Sequence record: NC_027395.1 | Reading direction: 5' to 3' (one strand) | DNA: 64,000 nucleotides | DNA from: Escherichia phage vB_EcoP_SU10 | Part shown: positions 58,334 to 64,000 of the stretch, piece after piece | How the letters are laid out: each line of letters begins with the position of its first letter | How positions within the stretch are numbered: position 1 is the stretch's first letter | The notes under the pieces: generated by a model | What the model was told of the DNA's origin: nothing | Database searches by the model: none | The model's input: the letters and a program-made list of their open reading frames with translations, nothing else | Position numbers and translations under genes: made by a program

Positions 58334-59242
58334 TTATGCTGCCTGACGTGCTGCCATAATCTCAGCCGCTTTACGCAATACTTCTTCTTCTTCTGCTTTC
58401 GCCGCTTGTTCGGTACGGGTAGCAACCGTTGAAGAGATACGACCGCGCAGACTTTCTAACTTCTCCTGCATAGCTGCAACAGTCTTTTCCATTTCATCAG
58501 CGTATGAATCGAGTGATTCTAATTCCTTGCTTGATGCGTTCATCAGGTAGTTATCAGAGATCGCTACCGTTGAGGCCGTGACTTTCTTGATGAGTGAATC
58601 AAAGGACTTTTTAACCTTGCCTACTTCTTCACTTAAGGCAATGGTGTTATCACTAGTTGCGCCGTTGCGCTCATCAGCCAGTAATTTGGCTTCAATACGG
58701 ATTGCATTCAAGCGTTCAACCAAAGCGTAAATATCTTGGTTAAAATCTTCCTTGTTTTTCGCCGGAATTTGCAGGTGTGCCGCCACGTTGTCATTACAAC
58801 CCTTGTAAAAGTTAGGATTATCGACTTCAATTTCACGGCCTAAAGCAAAGTTTTCGAAAGCGTTTGACCAGCGAGCGCGGTTTTGTTCCATTTTGGTTTT
58901 AATTTGCGCTTCTTTCGCGTCTTCTTTAGCTTTCGCCTCACCTTCCAGATTAATCCACTTTTTACGACCATTTGCCGCATCGGTGTTAAACTTGATAGGA
59001 GTTAAGAAAGTGATCGAGGTAGCAATAACATCCATATCACGGAAACGTTCGGTTAACAGGAAGTCAACCGCCGCCTGCAATACATCTAACTTCTTACCAT
59101 TACTGCGGAAGTGCTGTAAGTGCCCTAACAGGAAATTAGAAACATCTTGTTTGATCGCCGCGTTATTGCTACGAATGTTGTTAGCCAGTGCATTAAAACC
59201 AGATTCGTTAACCAGAGTAAAAACTTTAGCCATGATATTCAC
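58334..59242 (-). CDS. early protein, unknown function
   Basis: 302 aa, first gene downstream of three sigma70-like promoters; RBS AAGGTGA. Confidence 0.5.
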   Translation of the reverse strand: MNIMAKVFTLVNESGFNALANNIRSNNAAIKQDVSNFLLGHLQHFRSNGKKLDVLQAAVDFLLTERFRDMDVIATSITFLTPIKFNTDAANGRKKWINLEGEAKAKEDAKEAQIKTKMEQNRARWSNAFENFALGREIEVDNPNFYKGCNDNVAAHLQIPAKNKEDFNQDIYALVERLNAIRIEAKLLADERNGATSDNTIALSEEVGKVKKSFDSLIKKVTASTVAISDNYLMNASSKELESLDSYADEMEKTVAAMQEKLESLRGRISSTVATRTEQAAKAEEEEVLRKAAEIMAARQAA

Positions 59243-60155
59243 CTTTCAATTGTAAGGGCGCTATTGCCCCGCTCTCTATGAGCTTGTTTAAGTCACTATT
59301 AACTTATCTCTAACCACTCACTTTTTAAGTAGTTACAGGTAAGCGAGGCGGTCTTATCAGGAGTTAACCTTGCCGCCTCCTTATCCGTGATGTTTCATCT
59401 GGTATCTTTAATTAGTCGCTATAAACGAAGCCGACCTGATAGCGATGATCAATCATCACAATAAGGCAGTGCGTCCGACTCTAATTAGTTACGTTTATTG
59501 TAACCGTCGGCAATATCGTCTACTTTGCTTTCGCTCTCGCCTATCCTTTTGTATCAACTCTCAATCACTAGCCATCGCCCACAACGGGATGCTATTGTGA
59601 AAGAGTCATTGACCGTCTAATGTTCTGACGTTTTATATCTTTCGGCAAGTTTACTACATAAACCGACTATGTACTTTCATCTTGTGATGAATCTCAAGCC
59701 GTTCACATCGTAAACGTTCACACTAAACCTTATTGTTAAATAGCAATTTGCCACTTTTTAACCACTCCCCGCCGCTCTCAATTGAGCGTTAATTCTTCGG
59801 GCTTGCCTACCCTGATTAACTTCTTTCACTGTAGCGCCTTGTTAGCGATGACCGCCGCTACCCTTAACCGTGGGCGATTAGCTTAAGTCTTTGCGTACAC
59901 TCAATGAATCCGTTTATCAGTGGTGACGTTTCCAGCAAGGGATTGTAAGATTGTTTTCTCTGATAGTTTAGAGAATCTTACACCGTTTTATCTGGTATGT
60001 TATCTGATGGTTATTATCATCTAACATATTCAACCGATATAGGAGAATGTTTAAATTATTAAAGAGCGGTAAATCTGTCAGTGTGCTTTCTCACACTACG
60101 CAACTGTTAGCCGTTGTTACGCTTTCCTTAAGCGGTGATTTGCTTAAGTGTGCTC

Positions 60156-60184
60156 ATTATGAATCATGTTGTTTTCGCTGTCAA
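60156..60184 (-). promoter_or_regulatory. sigma70-type early promoter
   Basis: - strand TTGACA, 17-nt spacer, CATAAT, with upstream A tract. Confidence 0.55.
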
Positions 60185-60313
60185 CCACTTTTTAATCTTT
60201 TTTCGTCGTTCCCGCTATTGGGAGGATATATCAATCAGCTTTATTTGATTGAAGACTAAGCGGTGATGCTTATCTTATGATTCATATTGTTAAAGAGCGG
60301 TTACTACATTTAC

Positions 60314-60341
60314 AGCTTAACACATCGTGTTAGCTTGTCAA
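60314..60341 (-). promoter_or_regulatory. sigma70-type promoter candidate (weak -10)
   Basis: - strand TTGACA, 16 nt, TAAGCT. Confidence 0.3.
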
Positions 60342-60639
60342 CTCTTTTTATCATCTTCTTTTAATTCCTTTCCCTTATCTCGCGTGAATCTATGCGAAAG
60401 GGCAAGATGATAAGTCTGATTTGTCTTTTAGGAATCTAGTGCGCTTTCAAGCATTGACCATTTGAAAGTATCGAACAAATGAGGCTTATTTTGTTGCTCA
60501 TCGTCCGCCTGTTCACGTATGAATCAGGAATCAATTCTAGTGGTCAACTAAGCGCCTTATAGTAATGACGTTCCCGCCACCTGTAAGACAAATCATATTT
60601 TTAAAGAGCTGGATGTTTCACGTCATCGCTGACTATGCT

Positions 60640-60668
60640 CACTATATATCAGGCTGTTTTCGGTGTCA
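60640..60668 (-). promoter_or_regulatory. sigma70-type early promoter
   Basis: - strand TTGACA, 17-nt spacer, TATAGT, upstream AAAAAGAG. Confidence 0.6.
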
Positions 60669-61074
60669 ATACTCTTTTTAAGAATATTTTCACTTTCTAG
60701 CCTGATTTTTAAAGAGCGTAGCACTTTCATTGTGCGTCTTACCGTCGGTATTCCTACCGCTCCCCGTTGAAGCCTTTTACCGTGATGCTAATCACCTATC
60801 GAGGAGTTTTTACTACTTGTTGTTACTTACTGCTTACTACGGGATTCATATTACTATACAGGAAAACCCTGTCAATACCCTTTTTTCAAATTATTTTATA
60901 TCTCACTGTTTTATAAAGGAATTTATTTTAGAGATGACAGGAACTACAAAGAAATCAGAAGAGAGAGGAACGGGAGCGCGTGATACATCATAGGAAACAG
61001 CCTGTAAAGCAATAATAAGCGGCCTATAACGCATCACAACGAGCTAAAAGGGAGTAAGGTATACAATCACCTTA

Positions 61075-61102
61075 GAAAAGAAAAAAGCCTCATAGTGAGG
61101 CT
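61075..61102 (-). terminator. intrinsic terminator
   Basis: AGCCTCA-CTA-TGAGGCT then TTTTTTCTTTT on - strand. Confidence 0.55.
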
Positions 61103-61179
61103 TATAGGAAGGATTTAAAGCATTAGATACATTATGACCATAGGCATGACTACGGCACAATACAGGAGAAAGATTAAGC

Positions 61180-61545
61180 CTATGGATTTACACATTGCCC
61201 TAAACCGGATGCTATTTCGTTCATAGATTCATCAAAGAGTGTTAACGATGAGCGCATCAAGTGATCGATCGTGATTTGTTTACCAGTGGTTTCATTCACC
61301 AACAGAATAGTTTTATCATATGATTGTACATGATCGAAATCGTTTACATGTAAAATAATAACTTTAGGTGACTTTTTACCAGTTTCATAGTCTTCTATAA
61401 GATAGGTACACTGTAAGCCGTCAATCGTAGCAGGGGAAAACGTTGCAGCCTTTACGCTACCCATAGATGACAACAGGACACCTAACAGAAGAACGACCAG
61501 AAAGAAGCCTACGAACACTTTTACCACAAATTTGATAATACCCAT
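61180..61545 (-). CDS. secreted/membrane protein
   Basis: N-terminal hydrophobic leader FVGFFLVVLLLGVLL. Confidence 0.4.
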   Translation of the reverse strand: MGIIKFVVKVFVGFFLVVLLLGVLLSSMGSVKAATFSPATIDGLQCTYLIEDYETGKKSPKVIILHVNDFDHVQSYDKTILLVNETTGKQITIDHLMRSSLTLFDESMNEIASGLGQCVNP

Positions 61546-61641
61546 GAAAATAACACCTATAGTCAGAGAATGTAAGAATAAAGCATATCAGCGACGAATA
61601 ACGCCACTGTAACAACGAACAAGCAACGCCAGAAATAATCA

Positions 61642-61920
61642 TTAATCATCATTGCTATCCTCGCCAAAGAATGCTACGCTAATTTGTTCCACTTCTTCCA
61701 GTGACAGAAGAATCCCACGCTGGGCTAAATACTTCCCAACAGTTAGATAATCTTGCACTAAGCAGACAATAGGAAAGCGTATATTTTGTATCTCACCTTT
61801 GGAAAGAAAAGACAAATAGCCAACGTCGATTGATTCATCAAAGGATAGTGTAACGCCACCGTAATTATGCGTATCAATTAACGCAATAGTTTCATTTCCC
61901 ATAACGTTTCCAATCCTCAT
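61642..61920 (-). CDS. hypothetical early protein
   Basis: 92-aa ORF. Confidence 0.35.
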   Translation of the reverse strand: MRIGNVMGNETIALIDTHNYGGVTLSFDESIDVGYLSFLSKGEIQNIRFPIVCLVQDYLTVGKYLAQRGILLSLEEVEQISVAFFGEDSNDD

Positions 61921-62122
61921 AATGATTAACTAGTGCCTGATAATCGTCAGATGATAACTCACCGCCTAAATAGGCAACGGTTATGCGTGCTTTGTATTCT
62001 GACAAACTGCATAGCGCGGAAGCGGATAACCTGCTTTCGCCATAACATCCTAGCACTTCAACGATACAACCGTTTAAAGATACTGATTTATTAATCACGA
62101 TATGGTTAGCCATTAATATCAT
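61892..62122 (-). CDS. hypothetical early protein
   Basis: 76-aa ORF. Confidence 0.3.
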   Translation of the reverse strand: MILMANHIVINKSVSLNGCIVEVLGCYGESRLSASALCSLSEYKARITVAYLGGELSSDDYQALVNHYEDWKRYGK

Positions 62123-62369
62123 CCTTAATTAGCCCATGATTGAGCAGGTTAGCCAGTGATAAGCCACCGTCAAAATAAACAGAACGAAAATCAGCGCGGG
62201 TAATTTCAAGGCCAGCAAACTTCAACCAGTTTTTGGCTGATTGAAAATCCATTTTGCAAAAAGTAATGATAGGAACAGTAAGCTGACCATCGAGCGTATT
62301 AAACATGATAGCGGTATCGCCAATAAAACAAGAAAAGCCACTAGATAATCTAATTTCTTTAATAGCCAT
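62106..62369 (-). CDS. hypothetical early protein
   Basis: 87-aa ORF. Confidence 0.35.
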   Translation of the reverse strand: MAIKEIRLSSGFSCFIGDTAIMFNTLDGQLTVPIITFCKMDFQSAKNWLKFAGLEITRADFRSVYFDGGLSLANLLNHGLIKDDING

Positions 62370-62405
62370 TATTTATACTCCCAAAAGATTGGCAAATTAA
62401 TTTAT

Positions 62406-63278
62406 TCACTTACTAGCCTTAATACAGTTGGCTAAATTAACGTGAACGGTATAAACAGCATTATCCGCGTTATTGTAAACAGTCGTGGCGATCATCGACT
62501 CATTGATCGGGCCATAGCTAACAAGGTTAGTAACGGCTTTAACGTCTTCATAACGTTGTACAGTGCCGAAAGTCACCATATCCGCATCGTTATCAGTACG
62601 CTTAAGCACTAAATCACTGTTAGGCTGATTATCTAACGTTTTAGATTGAAAGAGAACGCCATCATTAGTAACGTTGCTAAATTTCATCTTTAGCACGATA
62701 TTATTGCCGTCACTATCCGCACCGTTGCAAATCATCCAACCCTTATTGATGGAACTAGCGAAAACATCAGCGGCATCAGTTGCAGGAGTAGGACTAGCGA
62801 TAGCCTTATCAGAAAGAGATGTGACCAGTGCACTAACACCAATAGCTGCAACCAGTGCATAACTTGCCAGATTAACAGACTTCATAATCTTACTTGCAAC
62901 AGTAGGCTTGATTGGCTGTTTCTTGTTTTTCTTATTCCATGCTTCAACCATGACAGACAAGCGGGATAATTCAGCTTTCACATCGCGGCATGACTCAGGC
63001 CAATCCTTCTGATTCCAGCTATCTAAATTTGCTTGAATGTAGCAATTAATAGCGTCCTGCATATCGGTAAAACCGTTCTCTTTGAACGTGCTTTCATCTT
63101 CACACTGTAAAGCGTTCGCAGTAGAGTTAATGATCAAGCAAGCCAGCATTACAGAGTTTTTGAATCCTTTACGTGCACTTTCGTTTTCCATCCACGCATC
63201 AGGACTACCAACGGTTAAGCCTAAAGAGGAAAGGCTTTCGTTTGCTTTGTTCAAGTGGTTAATTGCTACTTTAGACAT
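62406..63278 (-). CDS. early membrane protein
   Basis: 290 aa, central TM helix; sigma70-like promoter ~50 nt upstream. Confidence 0.45.
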   Translation of the reverse strand: MSKVAINHLNKANESLSSLGLTVGSPDAWMENESARKGFKNSVMLACLIINSTANALQCEDESTFKENGFTDMQDAINCYIQANLDSWNQKDWPESCRDVKAELSRLSVMVEAWNKKNKKQPIKPTVASKIMKSVNLASYALVAAIGVSALVTSLSDKAIASPTPATDAADVFASSINKGWMICNGADSDGNNIVLKMKFSNVTNDGVLFQSKTLDNQPNSDLVLKRTDNDADMVTFGTVQRYEDVKAVTNLVSYGPINESMIATTVYNNADNAVYTVHVNLANCIKASK

Positions 63279-63322
63279 TTGATATTCCTTCTGGTTGATG
63301 AAAACTACAAACTACACTCGCA

Positions 63323-63350
63323 ACTATATATTAAAGGAAAAGGCTGTCAA
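63323..63350 (-). promoter_or_regulatory. sigma70-type early promoter
   Basis: - strand TTGACA, 16 nt, TATAGT. Confidence 0.5.
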
Positions 63351-64000
63351 CCATTTATTTTCTAACTTTCTTGCATCCTACTGAAAACTAAAGGAATTTA
63401 ATTTACTAAACTTTCTATACTCAGGGTATCAGCTTACTAGCTATTGTTACTTTATAACACCAATTCTACGGGCAGCAGACCAACAGACCAGGACACGGGG
63501 AGCATACAACCGCAGGACAGACCACGGGGAAATATAGCAAGATAGTGCGGTAATAATATACCACTTAAATAATTGTATAACTCAAACATCAAAGACGTTC
63601 GTACTTCGTACTCACAAAGGCACGCTGAAAAAGAAAGTAATAAAAGAAACAATTAAAAGAAATACAATCATCCACTTAATTAATACATATATCATTATTG
63701 CACTCATAATCATTACTATTGAAACTATTATCAACGTAACTATGGAGAGCTGAACGGTAACAATACGGTATTATTAGACCTGTTATTATCACGCCTTAAC
63801 AGAGTATAGCCTTTCTCTCACTCTTTAAAGGGGTACTAAATAAACGGGTAGTTAATGAATAGGATGGTATACACGGGGAAATAACTACGGGGAGTAGGCA
63901 CGGGGAAAGGTGGAACGTTGAAAGGGAAGGTAAAGGCATTGCCAATAACCCTTTTTTAAATGAGGACTCCCCTTTTTTAGGAAACACGCGGGAAGCGGCT

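Noticed and set aside
63480-63910. CRISPR array
   Set aside because: Repeats are only 8-9 bp, irregularly spaced and in two loose clusters, with no cas genes nearby.

Overview
The window is most of a virulent dsDNA phage genome with two opposed modules. 1-16.8 kb (+ strand) is a late module: tail fibre with a C-terminal self-cleaving chaperone domain, holin candidate plus GH24 endolysin, Ig-like-domain tail protein, tail fibres, a lytic transglycosylase and large Gln/Asn-rich and coiled-coil virion proteins. 16.9-63.3 kb (- strand) is the early/middle module: sigma70-like early promoters, many small genes including a 9-member paralog family, tRNA-Arg(UCU), an ECF-like phage sigma factor, and T7-type replication genes with the DNA polymerase split into exonuclease and polymerase ORFs 8.6 kb apart. 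A recurring TAATGTATA nonamer sits upstream of several genes; with the sigma factor this suggests a phiEco32-like phage, but that assignment is from memory and unverified. The most striking feature is a translationally coupled operon (39.2-49.2 kb) encoding a GGCT/AIG2-like cyclotransferase, an ATP-grasp ligase, an Ntn class II glutamine amidotransferase with no canonical start codon before its catalytic Cys, two glutamine-synthetase-like amidoligases and four unknown proteins: a predicted amide-bond-forming modification system with no assigned substrate. All calls rest on reading motifs by eye; no database search was run.
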